In this document: in pieces, positions 27,101 through 56,571 of the stretch
Layout: each line of letters starts with the position of its first letter
How positions within the stretch are numbered: the stretch's first letter is position 1
NCBI GenBank assembly: GCA_030141605.1
Contig: JAQGDQ010000010.1
Coordinates: 930,001 to 994,000 of the forward strand
Reading direction: 5' to 3'
Source: Tubiluchus corallicola
Lineage: Eukaryota; Animalia; Priapulida
Length of the DNA stretch: 64,000 nt
The notes under the pieces: generated by a model
Seen by the model: only the letters and a program-made list of their open reading frames with translations
The model's database searches: none
What the model was told of the DNA's origin: nothing
Translations under genes and position numbers: made by a program

Positions 27101-30100
27101 ACATGGAAAGAGTCAGTGATATTATTACCAACCTTGGCCGTGAAAACAGAAGCGCATCTTTAGAAAGAGAAGCTGATTTATCGAAACACCAAAGCCAGTA
27201 TAGTTCGAAAGAAAAAGACTTATCTGTTTCAAAACAGGATGGGGGTATTTATGAGGGTAATCGAAGAGTAAACCCATCTGGTCGATTTGGCTCATGTGAA
27301 AAAGATGTACCTATTTCAATGCATGATGATTTTGATAGAAATGCTTTCAGAGTAAGTGAGAAAAGTCACTTTGGCTCACTCGAAAAAGACCCTGTCCCAT
27401 CTTTATTTAGGAACAGTGATGAATATCTAGATAGAAGCAGTTTTGATAAATATGAGAATATTAATAGATATGCGTCGGCTGAAAAAGATTTACCAAAAGC
27501 AAGATCAGAATATACTGGTGAAAGAGACAGCAGGCATCATTTTGGTTCACATGAAAGGGATTTGCCTGAGAATAACATGGCCGACCAGTTGAAGCATAGC
27601 AGTTATAGCTCCCTAAACCGAGACAGACCGTCATCTAGAGAAAGAGATTATCGGCACGGCCACAACCCCTCCAGTGACAGTATACCTGATTCAAAGTATA
27701 AGAAAATTCATGACAGTCGATATGGCTCACATGACAGAGATATTTCAACAGCGAGAGAAGAAAACATACCGAATCCCTATCACACTGATTATCAGGAGAA
27801 CGATTACAGTGATTTCAATCAAGATGGTCTTCGAGCACAATTAAAGAAATTTCGTGAAATGACTGAAAATAGTTTGCGCAATCGTGGCGACAAAGAACAC
27901 AGGAACTTTAGTGCAAGTAAAGGTGAAAATAAATCTATATCAAAGTATAAAAATTCTAATCATGAAACATGTAGTAATTTTGGTAAAAGGCATAAGAACA
28001 GTTATGAAGGAGAAAATACTCTTGAGGGTTACAGGAGACAGGGAAAAGTTGCTCGCCCTCGTGCTAGTGATAGTGCTTACACAGGAGCAGATACCCGTGA
28101 AGTTCCAATGGACCTTGATGATGACGATGATGCTTGTCATGATTATGGTACTCATTTATTGGAGCAAGATTCTAAACCTAGTCAGCATCCGGGTTCTGGT
28201 CACCATACTCCAGACTCCAGAAGACACAGGTATTTATTTTTAAATTGTTATCTTAATGTATGTGTGTCAAAATTAATGACGTAACATTAAGCTAATACCT
28301 GATAGTCGGGTGGTATGGCCAGAAATGTCTTTGCTTTCACTCATCAGTTTAGTAACTAGACTAGTTTTGTTTAACCTTGCAGCCAAGTGTGCACTGGGGC
28401 TTCTCAAACTTTCCCAGTGGGATGGCATTTTCACAAAAGAAATTTCAGTCTTACTGCATTATTATTTCTTATCTCTACGCACATTTATTATTCATCTCGC
28501 CTACAGTTACACAGAAAGTATGGCTTGACTGTAAGATAGTCAGAGTTCTCTCAAATGTCAAAAATCAAATTAACAATTACCTATTAAATAACAATGAGTT
28601 TTTTAATTAGTGAAAGAAAATTATGATTCATAAATCATTATAGTACAAAGACGTAAATGACTGTGTAATCCTTTGCCTTTAATTTGTGATTGCATTGGGA
28701 TGATCATAGTTAGCCTTCTGAACTTTCCAATAATTTCAAAACTTGGACTAATTTTATGACTAGATTCAGAAAGCCGTGGTATGTAAAAATGTTGACATTG
28801 TAATATTCTGACTCGCTGTTGGTTATACTGAGAGGAATGTAAAAACTAAGACATTAGGCAGCAGAACATTTCATGAAATCAACCAGTCTCTCTAATGGAC
28901 TATTAAAGTTTCATCGTAAGTGCTAGATGGCATTCACGTTTTCACATAAACATTTTGAACAATTATGTGGGGTGCATGCCTCAATGAGCCGGCATGTTCT
29001 ATGTATTTTTTGTTTACTTATTTTAAGTGTTTGCAAGATAAGGTCCTAAATGGACTGTGCATTTCTGCACTAAAAAACAATTTGAAATCATTTTGGGACA
29101 TGTTGTAATTTTTGCCTTTTTCTTTTGTATAATGTCCATATTTTTTCACTGTTCCATAAACATAAGTCAAGACTTAACTAAGCTTTATGCCAAGCATCTG
29201 TCTCGCGATCTGGATTTTTTGAGAAATTGCCTGTGCATAAAGGGACAACTTGTTGTCAAAGTTGGTGACAATCCAATAATTGGAAATGTGTAGCAGTTAA
29301 GCTTTTGCATGTGCAGTTTATTCCTAATTCATGAAATGCAGTGCTTATTTTTCTTTCACAGTTAAAGTTAACTGACTTGTTGTTTAAAATACTTGTTGAA
29401 GTCTTCTGAGTTCGTATTTACATTAAAAGTCACAATGACATAGTAATTATGCCTCCAATGTTGAGCTGCATTTTCATAGTTTGACTTCATGCCAGCATTC
29501 ACTGATGTGCACCCCACTGCATTGCTTTCTTTGTGTGAAAAATGTGTAACCCTTCATTCAGTAAAATATTTAGTTCTTGAAACACTAATAATTGGCCACC
29601 ACTTTTCAAAATAGTCAAGGAAGAAGACAGAAATTGTACTGTGTATTGTGTGAAGCTCACTATATTGCATATAATCTTATCTAAGATTTTCGAAATGGTT
29701 GCCATTCTAAAAAGATTGATAGCATAAAATTTAGAAGCAAAATGTGGCACTCATCTTAGAAGGAAGAACATCAACTTATTTTATTGGAAGAACATCTCGG
29801 CTCAAAACTGGTCATAGGAGGGAGGACACACTTTAAAACAGTGTGTCCTCCCTCCTATGAACAGTTTTTGAGCCGAGATGATTCAATCAAATACTGTTGA
29901 AATTCAAAATTGCCTTTAAAAAGTGAATTTATTTTATGCATTGTGATACTGACGCATTAAATTTTAAAATAACTTGCTTAGTGCATTATTATGTCAGGTC
30001 TTGGACTTTGAATAGCTGTTTCCTGTCTGATTTATAGATTTAATGTCCTCTTTGACCTGATATCAATAATGATAAAATATTTTAATAAGTATAATTAGGC

Positions 30101-33100
30101 AGGAAATCTTTAAAAGCAAAATGCTAAACAAATGGTGTTGACATCTTGAATATTATTTTCAATGTCTAGGCTTCCCATGATGCTAATAATTACCTTAACA
30201 GCCTATACTATATTATATGAAAGTTTAAACAATGTTTCTCAAAACTCACAAACCTCTTAACTGAAATATCAGGATTAGAAACTAAAGCCGCTTTTTGTCA
30301 GCGATTTTTTCAGAAAGTCCCAGGGATAAGTAATAAATATTATTGATTAAATGTGTATGGCTGGTATAACAAGCCCACTGTACATCAACCTGATTACTAT
30401 AAATTTTGCATGTTTATGGAAAATTATAATCATTATAAAATAAATAGTGCCTTTACTGAAACAGTTCAGGCCTGATTTTGAGATCAAAGTTATAATACCA
30501 TCGGGTAATACGAAACCACTTGTTGCCATATTTTCATAGTATCTAATGATGGCTGCCATATTGAATTTTAATATGGCCACTGTTCTTTTAACATTGTATT
30601 AACAAGATACGTACGTACGTATGTATGTATGTGGGAGCTCTAATCTATGGATCATATTTGATAAATGTAAGACACTGTCTTAGACCACCTCATCAGAGTG
30701 CTACTTACTAGTACTGCAGTTCTACAGGTTTAATATACAGATTGCTTAGCAGTGCACTTTTATTCTGTGAGATCAATTTGGAGAAATAAATTGGAAAGTA
30801 TAAGAATACTGTTACCAACTGTATCCTGATAAATACAATACAAGCACGAGATTTCTCCTTTTGTAACTTGGCGGAATTAAATGACATTTTGACGTTTATT
30901 ATGGATAATTAATATACAAGGGTTTTTGTAGCATTTTTAACGTTAGTCATTGTTATTTCTGTCTCTTTATCGTTTTGTTTTTTCTTCCATTGTATAATTT
31001 TGTGCGTCATCTATTGTAGATGTGCGACTAACTGCTCTCTTAAATCTTATTAATGTACTATATGACTGTGTTGGGTTTATGTACTTTTTGTACGAATAAA
31101 TAATAAATAAACAAGACCTGGTGACCCAGCAGTGATGGATAAGAGTCACGTGTCAAGTGATCTCAGTTCTCGAAAATCTGCCTGCTAATCATCACAATAT
31201 GCTGAAGAACATAGCCAAGAAGCATTCAGCTCAAAAATGTGTCTTGTAATTGATTTTGTGGCCGTAGGTCGATAGTTCAGAACAGTAAAGCCTGTTTGAG
31301 AGTCGCAAGTGGTTGATGCTCTCATAGATACCAAAATTTAAAAGTATCAAGTTACCCGTGTATTTTTGACAATTATTCCATCAGAGAATCACAGAAGGAA
31401 CAAAGAATGAAAACAGAGTGGAACTAAAACATTGGTAGGCATGAAGTTAATAGAAAACTGTAGGCAACACAAAACAGTAACCTGTCAAAACTTCATGCGA
31501 AATAGAGGTGCTATTATTAGCCCAGATGTTAGTATACAAGAATAAGTTGACATTTTGATCATTCTTCAAGCATCAGCTTTTCTTTTCATATCAGTTGCAC
31601 TACATGTGTGACTGCTGATATAAGACTTGTTCCTCTTATTGATGACACAGCTGCAGTGGTGATATGTAATCGCTGTCAGACAATGTTGTAACCATTACGA
31701 GCAGAAACACAAGCTTTTATAGATAGCGTGCCATCCAACATGTGAGATAACATGACACATCAATGGAGAAACAAATAACATTTGCTTAGGAGCTTTTTTG
31801 AAAGCAAGTGAAGGACTTTAGCCTCAATATCTGCCCTTTGTTGCAGTTAATGGTTATATGTTCTCTTTGTGCAGCCTTTTTTCCAGAGAATGTTTTAACA
31901 CTAGATGAATCTGGTTCAAACAGAAAACTTGTCAGACGTGTGATGTGATATGAAGTCAATAAATATATGTACTTTTGCAAGATGTTTTGTCATGCCAAGA
32001 TGTCCTGTTAGTTGTAGTTTTGTGTGAAGCTGATCTGGAAAGGTGCTACAATATTCATATTCAAGCATGCCTGACTATAGCATATGATCCTTGTAATCTA
32101 TCCATGTACAGTACATATATAATACTGCCACTCTGAAACATCTGTATAAATAATTACATAATCAAATGTCGTTTTCAGCCATTTCTGTTCTTCTGTTATT
32201 ACATAAAGTGGGAAGATGGTGGCCATTTTGAAATTCAACATGGTCACTGATTATAAGGATTGATGCATATGTTGCCACTTTCAGGAATTTTAGACAGAAA
32301 TTGGAAAGGAAAGAGCATTTATGTGTTATTTTATTGACTATTTTAAGTATATGTGACAAAATGCCAATCGAAATTTAGCATGAGCACTGTCAACCAAACA
32401 GACACATTTGCCATAGAAGAATGTCTGTTGAAGCTATTGATTGCAACAATGCCTATTTATGTAAAAGGATTGCATACTGAACTACATTGTTTAGTCATGT
32501 TATGTTTTTATTTGCACAGAAGGTAAAAATGGCAACCACATTCGAATCCCAAATTGGATGTCATTACATATAATTTCTAAAGTATACCTATACCTATATG
32601 GCCACATGTAAAATTTAGAGAGAGAGAGAGGGAGAGACAGAGAGAGAGAGAGAGAGAGAGACTTGAAATTTGAAATCCAATATGGCAGCCATCACAGAAG
32701 CAGAAAAATTCCAACAAGCAGAGTCATATTCCCTGACACCATGACAGAAGGAGATTTGTTAGGTCTTCCCCTTTCCTGCACATGTGTACGTATGCTGTCT
32801 TATGTAAGAGCAACTGACTCACATCAAACAGCATGTCATTCACAACAAATGTGCTATTGCCAATGCATAATTAAGACTGCCTGGACCACAAAACTAAAAA
32901 CTCACACGTTAGCTAGAAGCACTGGTATCATTCTAAACTGCTGTTGTATGTGAAAAAATGGCCTTTATAAATACGATGTAAATACTGTATGTCTTATATT
33001 TTGCAGCACTGAAAGGAGAGTTTGAAAGTGTGTAATTGTATAACCGTTCACCATATTATTTCGTGTACACCATTTAAGTTTGTTAATTTTAAGTTAGTAT

Positions 33101-36100
33101 GGCTATTTCTGAGTTGAGATAGCTAATTTGTTGATCAATTTTACTTAATTTTGTCTGTTATGTTATACACCCTCTGTCACAAGTTATTGCATTTTCACAA
33201 AGATGTCTTTGACTATTTTGACCTTGACCAAATTGTTTCTTAGATTTTTAGGTTAATACCCTTGCTCAAGTGCTAATTGTCAAAATTAGTCCACTTTTTA
33301 CCTGTGTCAAGGTAATTTCAACTTTGTCTGTTCGAAACAAATTTGTCTTCTGGCAGCCTGGAATCATAATTTCTCCAGCAGAATATGTTGCCTCGGGGTT
33401 TTTAACTGCTTTGTCATGCCAAATCTGAATTAAGTTGAAATAATAGTGAGGACGCTAATTCAACTTTGGCTGATCACAGCAACAAGAAATGTTGATTCAG
33501 TTTTTCTTGCGTATGGCTGTTACACACTGATGTTTCATAAAAACCAATATTTTTGATTCATTTGTAACTATCACATTATAACTAAACGTAGGCTGTGTGT
33601 ACATTTGTCAATTATAGATTGGAAGGATCCACATACTTAGCATTTTATTTAAGAAAATTCAAAAAGGCCAACACAGAAGTTCACAAGAAAATTTACAGGG
33701 TTTTAAAACTGTAGTATAGTGTAGCAGGCACAAGCTATTCAGCACGGCACAGTTTACCCTTAAAATACTTAAAATTGGCTTTATAAAGTGTGGTTTTATT
33801 ATAAATGTTGTCTTCCCAAGCATGTATGCATTCCACATGAGATATGTACAGGAACATAATGCAAATGGCACTCATGAACCAATTATGAATGCTTGCAGCA
33901 AAACTGTTGGTACGATTAGTTCATAGTTTACGCAAATTAAGCCATTCTAGCCGTGATTTATTTGGAACAAAACAACATGCGCAAACAATACAAGAAATAC
34001 CAAAATATAATGTTTCCTAGTGGGATTTGTTAAAGCATTTATATAAACATTACGAAAACATTTTGCATATGCAAGATTAAGCTAGCATATCAAGATTATT
34101 ATTAACGATAATCCATGCCCCCAATAACAACAGGAAATGTGAAAGTTGGAATATAGACTGAGTTTGAAGCAATGGCCATCTGCTTACAAGACAGATACTA
34201 TAAATATTAAACTACTATGTTTCCCAGGGATAATTTGGACTGTCCTGATTGCTGGAGGACACGAAAGTTTAGTGGTTTTGGCACAAGCAGAATGTTCTTT
34301 GCTTTAAACTTCAATAATTGTGGCTTTTTGCCATCATTACCAAGCTGTGTTATGGTATTAAGCTATTCTTTGGAGAAGCACTAGATGCTGTCACAGCAAA
34401 ACATTGCTACAATTAAAAATTATTTACAATTTGTTGGATTGCTTTTTAAGCAAAACTGCGGCTTCTCCAAAATTATTGTAATGCTAGTAAGTGGCTTTGC
34501 ATTGCAAACACCTTCAGTAGTATAAAATAGTCAACTCTGCTTTAGTCACATCTAGGGACCAAAGAATTGCAATAAGTTAAATGAAAAACAAGTTACATGG
34601 CTAAATGATGTACGTATACAGCACTGAAAAACCCATTAAGACATGAAATCTGTTACACAAATTAATAGAAAAACAACCAGAGTCAGCAAAGTTTGCTTTA
34701 AGTGGATTAATAATGATGCAGTTTTTGCCAGATCAATATATTTCTATCTTCTTCTATAAAGCTTGAGCAACACCTATAAAAATAATTCACATGTCATTGT
34801 TACTAAACTGACAAGCATGATAAGCAAGTATATAAATACTGAATTTTAATCATACCTATTGCTTTATAATTATTAAAATAAAAATGCTTAAATTGGCATA
34901 AACAGGTGCAAAATTCCAAAGTTTTACTTATTATTTTGAAATATTCTTTAATCGACAGTTCTACAGAAAATTATTTTATTACAAAACAATAAAACAAATT
35001 TGAATCAGCTTAGATTTTTGGTACTACTAAGAAATCAGTGAAAGAATCAGCTTCTTTAGCAACTAATAGTTACAATTTAACAAATTATGTTTAATATCCA
35101 ATGGCTTACTATGTACAACTGTTACAGTGAACTACTTACCTGGATAGGCAATGCGATAATTCGCTTTTTCCTTTTTTGCGTAATTAGAACGATTTGCCAT
35201 AAGCCATATCTTGAAGATAATTGCAGTAAAACTTTACAGAATTGTGAGCAAATTCCCATTCTAAATCACATCACTCACTTTTCATGAGGATTAATTAAGT
35301 ATATCTTCTCATCTTCTTTTTATGTTCTTAATTAACGTATTATATTGTTTTTCCATACAAATGTAAGTGTGGATGAAGTAATAGGCAAAATGTATGCAGT
35401 GCAATGTTCTTTTGCACCAGCAATCCAGCATAGCATTATCCTAAAGGAATCAGTGTTTGCCACAACACAGGTTGATCACAATTGGTGTTTGTGAATTCAT
35501 GCAATGAGTAACCTTACTAAGGCTATAAGCATTGTCATGGTGTATATAAAAATTAGACTTTTCTTAGCTGTGGTAATGTTACAAATGCTGTTACATTACT
35601 AAAAAAGGTTTCCAGATTGAGTGTATTCATATTACAAAAAGAGGCTCCGTATGATACCTGTATTAACTGGGGTTGTGGCTGACATGGCTCTGTTGTTTAC
35701 AGTTACATGAGTACTGAGCAGCTGTGCAAAGAGTGAAATACAGTGTTCACACTTGTTACTAGGACCAGGAAAGAAATCTGTCGATACCGGATTCTGGTAC
35801 TGTGAACAGCCACTCTGGGACAATGTGAATTGGGTAATGGGAAGCTCAATTCTTCAACGTCTGGCTGCTGATTGTTGTTTAAATGTTATAATATAATCTA
35901 ACCATCGCTTTAGGTCTCTGGATACCATGGGTCTTTCAAGAAACCAGGTACCCATTCAACCGGGGCCTGTAATTCATCGGCTAGGAGCGAAACCAACCAC
36001 TATTCCTGGAATCTGTTCAGACCAAGAAGAGGAGTCAGAAGCTGGTTCAATTCCAATGCAGCCTCATACACCATCATACTTCAACAATCGACCTGGTGTC

Positions 36101-36281
36101 GGTGGACAACCTGGGTTACAACCTCCACTTCGGACGCATTTTCAAGGGATCCCAGGAAGGGCACCTGTTCCATCGTTTCCACCTGGAGTTGTGAGGCCAT
36201 CAACGATGTTTGCATCCACATGTATGATAAGTGTTTTGCATTATATATGAGCAAAGCAAACACAAATCGGAACCTCTACAT

Positions 36282-36322
<41 letters not shown>

Positions 36323-37339
36323 ATTTATTTCAGTGAGTTTTATTCACATTGTGCAAATATGTGCACAATTGGTAATCCTCAGATTTTGATGTTTGTTTTA
36401 AGTGTTCTTTGCAAAATTATTAATATTTTAGTTTGCTTCCTCGAAAAATGTTATTAAGCTAGAAATTACAGTTTGTTTCTAAAGCACTTTTAATCATTAA
36501 CTGACATTAGTTTCGTTTGAATTTCAGCCAACTTAAACCGAGACTAATCTATACTGTACTGCATAATTATCACATGTAATCATACAATTTTTAATTCTTA
36601 CAGCAGCAGTTGATGCTGATATTGATGAAGAGAGGGAGCCAGGAGAAACTGGTGGTAATTACGTTATATAATTTAGGGCATTTTCTTTCTAAAGTCAAGA
36701 ATGTACAAGTACCTATGCATGGTGATAATGTTTTACTTGACATAAGCTTAACAAAGCTTATCGTGTTGTTGTTGAATCGTCATTGCAAGATAAACAAACT
36801 TTGTTTACTAATATTTTTGCTATGTTGCTAGTCAATCATAAAAGCAGTATCATCGATTGAGATCCTAGGTTGGTTATTTGTATGGTAAACAAGTTTCTGT
36901 GTTAGTAGTGTATTTTGTGTGAATTTCACATACAGACTAATCTTTTACAGGTAATTCCATTCTTAAATTTAACCAGTGAATAAAATAATTTTTGTATTAC
37001 AAATGTAGTTCTTTGTTAAGCTGAACTTAGGCCAAATGAGTTGCACTTAGCATGTGAGCTGTCTCTCTAGATGGGTCACATTAATCGTACCTTCAAAAGT
37101 AGTAGTTGTTAAAAGCAGTTTCAAACTGTGCAAGCTACATTATCAGTGCATTAATTCTTACCACACAATTCTAATTTGTGTAAATCTTTCTCTAATGTGA
37201 TTTGCATTTTCAACTTACAGATCAGTGGGGTATAAGATGTGGCTTATGCCAGATTTCGTTGAGAGACTCTTACTCCTATCACCAACACATAACTGGCAAG
37301 AAACATCAGAGAAGAGCCATGTTACTGAGTAACAGCTGA
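9960..37339 (+). CDS. Large multi-zinc-finger protein (four U1/matrin-type C2H2 fingers), about 1769 aa, 14 coding exons; probable nuclear RNA-binding protein
   Basis: Phase-consistent GT-AG exons: 9960-9984, 10065-10500, 10977-12234, 13674-13814, 14649-14736, 15012-15092, 15430-15569, 16523-16642, 17713-17830, 19553-19747, 26000-28229, 35914-36221, 36604-36654, 37221-37339 (5310 nt, open to TGA). Fingers: CDLC..H-x5-H, CKTC-x12-H-x5-H, CIVC..HVCTIKH, CGLC-x12-HITGKKH. Confidence 0.8.
10065..10500 (+). CDS. ZnF gene exon (acidic, Ser-rich N-terminal region)
   Basis: Open frame containing MAEESNEQ...; donor AG|GTAAGT at 10500, phase 2. Confidence 0.8.
10977..12234 (+). CDS. ZnF gene exon: E/K/R-rich helical region and first half of finger 1
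   Basis: Long ORF; acceptor TTGTAG, donor GAT|GTAAGT; ends RCDLCGAYFMSD. Confidence 0.9.
12301..13146. mobile_element. hAT-type non-autonomous element (intronic)
   Basis: Ends TAGGGATGCA / TGCACTCCTA (imperfect TIR); perfect 8-bp TSD CAGATATG (12293-12300, 13147-13154); TTCGG/CCGAA subterminal motifs. Confidence 0.85.
12950..13087. repeat. 36-bp tandem repeat, about 3.8 copies, inside the hAT element
   Basis: Unit CATTTGGTTAAGCTTCGGTTCGGTAGCATGATCGAT. Confidence 0.9.
13674..13814 (+). CDS. ZnF gene exon (end of finger 1, start of finger 2)
   Basis: TTTTACAG acceptor; ARDKHDQTIKH...NYCCK; donor AAG|GTTGGT. Confidence 0.85.
14649..14736 (+). CDS. ZnF gene exon (finger 2)
   Basis: TCRQTFSEALGYVIHIESAVHHQEVARKC; TTTCAG acceptor, G|GTAAG donor. 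Confidence 0.85.
15012..15092 (+). CDS. ZnF gene exon
   Basis: VTHQAYVLNDTSPLQKILEKVKNEYFIG; phase 1-1; G|GTAAGT donor. Confidence 0.8.
15430..15569 (+). CDS. ZnF gene exon (finger 3)
   Basis: GLDQVICVHK...ECIVCKSGFLPNEFPTHVCTIKHRANVI; canonical splice sites. Confidence 0.85.
15641..16290. repeat. About 650-bp diverged inverted repeat (fold-back), probably Penelope-like pLTR-derived
   Basis: Arms match as reverse complements, e.g. AATGTAATGAATTAACAGACCTGTAG / CTACAGGTCTGTTAATTCATTACATT and TGTTTGTAAACAAAGTTAAGGGAATTGA / TCAATTCCCTTAACTTTGTTTACAAACA; each arm has a decayed hammerhead core. Confidence 0.85.
16523..16642 (+). CDS. ZnF gene exon
   Basis: QFFYPEYYPW...IAKKIEERYGRQKMKTK; donor AAG|GTGAGT; phase 0-0. 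Confidence 0.85.
17713..17830 (+). CDS. ZnF gene exon
   Basis: DVRDSFDDLLRDGREGTFW...PEYPFIV; phase 0-1; donor G|GTAGG. Confidence 0.75.
19553..19747 (+). CDS. ZnF gene exon (alternative in-frame acceptor at 19568)
   Basis: (V)FTCPEMLKEFKILKY...GGTRIRK; phase 1-1; donor G|GTAGG. Confidence 0.75.
20866..21166 (+). mobile_element. tRNA-derived SINE with (TTG)n tail; central domain resembles the MetaSINE core as I recall it
   Basis: A-box-like TGGTATAATCTAGTGG, B-box-like GAGTTCGATGC, core GGGTCATAACCAAAGACGAAAAGTGGTACCTGCTG, (TTG)n at about 21131-21166. Confidence 0.7.
22155..22206 (-). mobile_element. Decayed tRNA-derived SINE head
   Basis: Minus strand GGTAGCAACTTAGTGGTAAGAGTTCTCAGCTTGCAGTTTGCGACCCGAGTAC resembles tRNA A/B boxes. 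Confidence 0.4.
26000..28229 (+). CDS. ZnF gene 2.2-kb exon: low-complexity region with GLLGxxP motifs and S-x-E-K/R-D repeats
   Basis: 779-aa ORF; acceptor TTTTTGCAG at 25999, donor AG|GTATTT; phases match flanking exons. Confidence 0.9.
29793..29880. repeat. Near-perfect 40-bp-stem hairpin
   Basis: CATCTCGGCTCAAAACTGGTCATAGGAGGGAGGACACACT - 7-nt loop - AGTGTGTCCTCCCTCCTATGAACAGTTTTTGAGCCGAGATG. Confidence 0.9.
32617..32661. repeat. (AG)n microsatellite
   Basis: Direct observation. Confidence 0.9.
35914..36221 (+). CDS. ZnF gene exon (Pro/Gly-rich)
   Basis: CTTTAG acceptor, phase 2; SLDTMGLSRNQVPIQPGP...; donor T|GTATGA. Confidence 0.8.
36604..36654 (+). CDS. ZnF gene exon with CAGCAGCAG tandem acceptor
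   Basis: SAVDADIDEEREPGETG; phase 1-1. Confidence 0.7.
37221..37339 (+). CDS. ZnF gene last coding exon (C-terminal matrin/U1-type finger)
   Basis: DQWGIRCGLCQISLRDSYSYHQHITGKKHQRRAMLLSNS*; C-x2-C-x12-H-x5-H with GKKH signature. Confidence 0.9.
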
Positions 37340-39620
37340 GTGTAGAAAATACAGCTGTTTATAGAGAATGTGTATAAAAAATTGTAGTTGTTTTTTTGCA
37401 CTGTTAATATATATGTGGAACAGAAAATCGTAGATGATGTGTAGCAAATGTGATTATTGCAGACATACACTCGCACAATGTGGCAGTTGATACGTAATAT
37501 CGTACGCGTGACACGTGCTATACAATCTGCAAATGTTTGCCATGTGTTTTAAGGAAAAGCGAGCGATTTACTAAGGATGATTTGATCACGTTTGACTTGT
37601 ATATTGTGAGGATATTATGTTATGTCATTTCACTTGCGTTCGCCACGACATATCTTAGTCCTCCTTCAGTTAAGTAACAGTACTAGCCAATGATTCAAAA
37701 TGGTAATCGAAAATGGGAGTAATTCTTGACATTTTAACTACTTGTCCTGTCAGGCAGTTTCTCAGTGTAGTTGCTGCACCAACACTGGAATGGAGTTAAC
37801 CAGAATAAATGACTTTTTCTAAAATGCACAATTATTTTTCTTGCAACATCAATATGCTGTGTTAGATTAAGAAAAATAGACATTGTTGAAGCACATTTCC
37901 AGTAAAAAGGGTAATCTTAAATAGCCCCAGAGGCACTAGTAAGATTTAGTGTTGAAGATTATTTAAAGTTGGAGTAACTGCTACCTGCTGCATCAGCTTT
38001 TTTGGTATTTGATAATAATCTAAATTCCATAGTTGAAATAAGATGGGCAATATCTTTGAGATAGGCATATGTAGCCCTTGTTTGAGGCTACTGCTGCTGG
38101 CACAAGACTGGTAATGTTCATGTATTGCATACTACTCAAATTTTCTTATAACTGTAAGGCAAGTATTTACACTTTTGTCGGGAGCTACTGTTAAGAAAGG
38201 TGCCAGTAGGTAATTACTGATAAAATAGCCTTTCAATCATTGTAAACTTTGTTTGCATTAGTTTATTTATTGCTTAAGCATTACCCTTCATGGGTTTGCC
38301 TTTGACTGTTAAGTAAAGTTGTAACAGCTGTGATTTATTGAATCTACACAAATCACGATCTGGTGTGCAGTTATGGTATATATGGCACAATTTATTAATG
38401 TGAATGTATTTTTTCTGTTCTAATATTTATATTATAATTTGCCAGTCAATTGACGTGCAAGTTAATTTTTATTAGACGTGAGTTCCTCGTGTCTTGAATT
38501 CCTAGCAGCATCGGAGTTTTGCATTTGTACGGAGCATTAGACTTCTGATACAATGTCTTTGCATTCAACGCGTAACAAAGATACTTAGTACACGTGCACA
38601 TTGCACAAATACCTTCCTTTATGTTTTATCAAGTGAAAAACTTGCAGCAGGCTTAGTCTATGGCACAGACAAAAAGGGAGAAATCGTTCATTCAAAGACC
38701 CATTGTGGAAGAAATGTAGTCTAATGACTATAGTATTCATTGTTTTAACAATTACTTGTTCCATATTTTAAATAAGCATAAATAATGGATGTTGTTTTAT
38801 GTAATTACATTACTTTCTACTTGTGAGATGGCATTGTAATTTTGTTTGTCAAGTCAAGTCATTGTTTGTTTGTCATTATAATGTACATAAGTAAAATTGA
38901 AACAGTATAATGAAATTAAAAATTAAACTTTGTTGTTAAACTTTCGCTGTTTTTATTTTTATTTTTTTTTGGTAATTTCGTGTCTTAACACGATTGTAAA
39001 CTTCAATATAACATTTCAAAAATTTATTATCATAAGTTTTATATAAATACTTAAACAACAAGACTGACTATCCCCATAACAACCCAGATGTAAACAATCC
39101 TTACAGTAAAATAAGTCATTTTATAGATTTACTATTGTAAAAAACTGGCAAGTAAATCTTTCACTTATAAATTACAATAAATAATTACAAAACTTATTCG
39201 AAAGTAAATTTTCCTGATACAGAACATATAGGCATTTTATGCCATACAAATTTCCAATGTAGAAAACATGAAAATAGTGTGCACATCAATAACACCCCGA
39301 ATTTCTATAAATTTTAATCACTGATCTGTCTCTAACGAATCTTGAACGCTGCGCTAAAGAAATTCACATTTCAACAGGTATATACTGTATTATGCTTTAT
39401 ACTACAAAAGTAATTTGAAATTGCTTCAACACTATTAATTTTGTTAGTGTATTTTAACAGTATTAATTAATTAATGCAAAAAATAAAAACGTAAAATGAT
39501 ACATTTGAAAGATGATTGGGAACTGCGACAATGCTATAGTGCTAGGAATAAATTATACCTTACTAGACAATGTGTTGTGTCATGATTGTTGTGCTTCATT
39601 TTAAATAAGTGGAATACCTG

Positions 39621-56571
<16,951 letters not shown>

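Noticed and set aside
30300-32760. Clusters of ATGGCGGCCAT-like (YY1-type) motifs and fragmentary ORFs, also near 6470
   Set aside because: Probably an old DNA-transposon relic, but I could not define termini or a protein motif reliably
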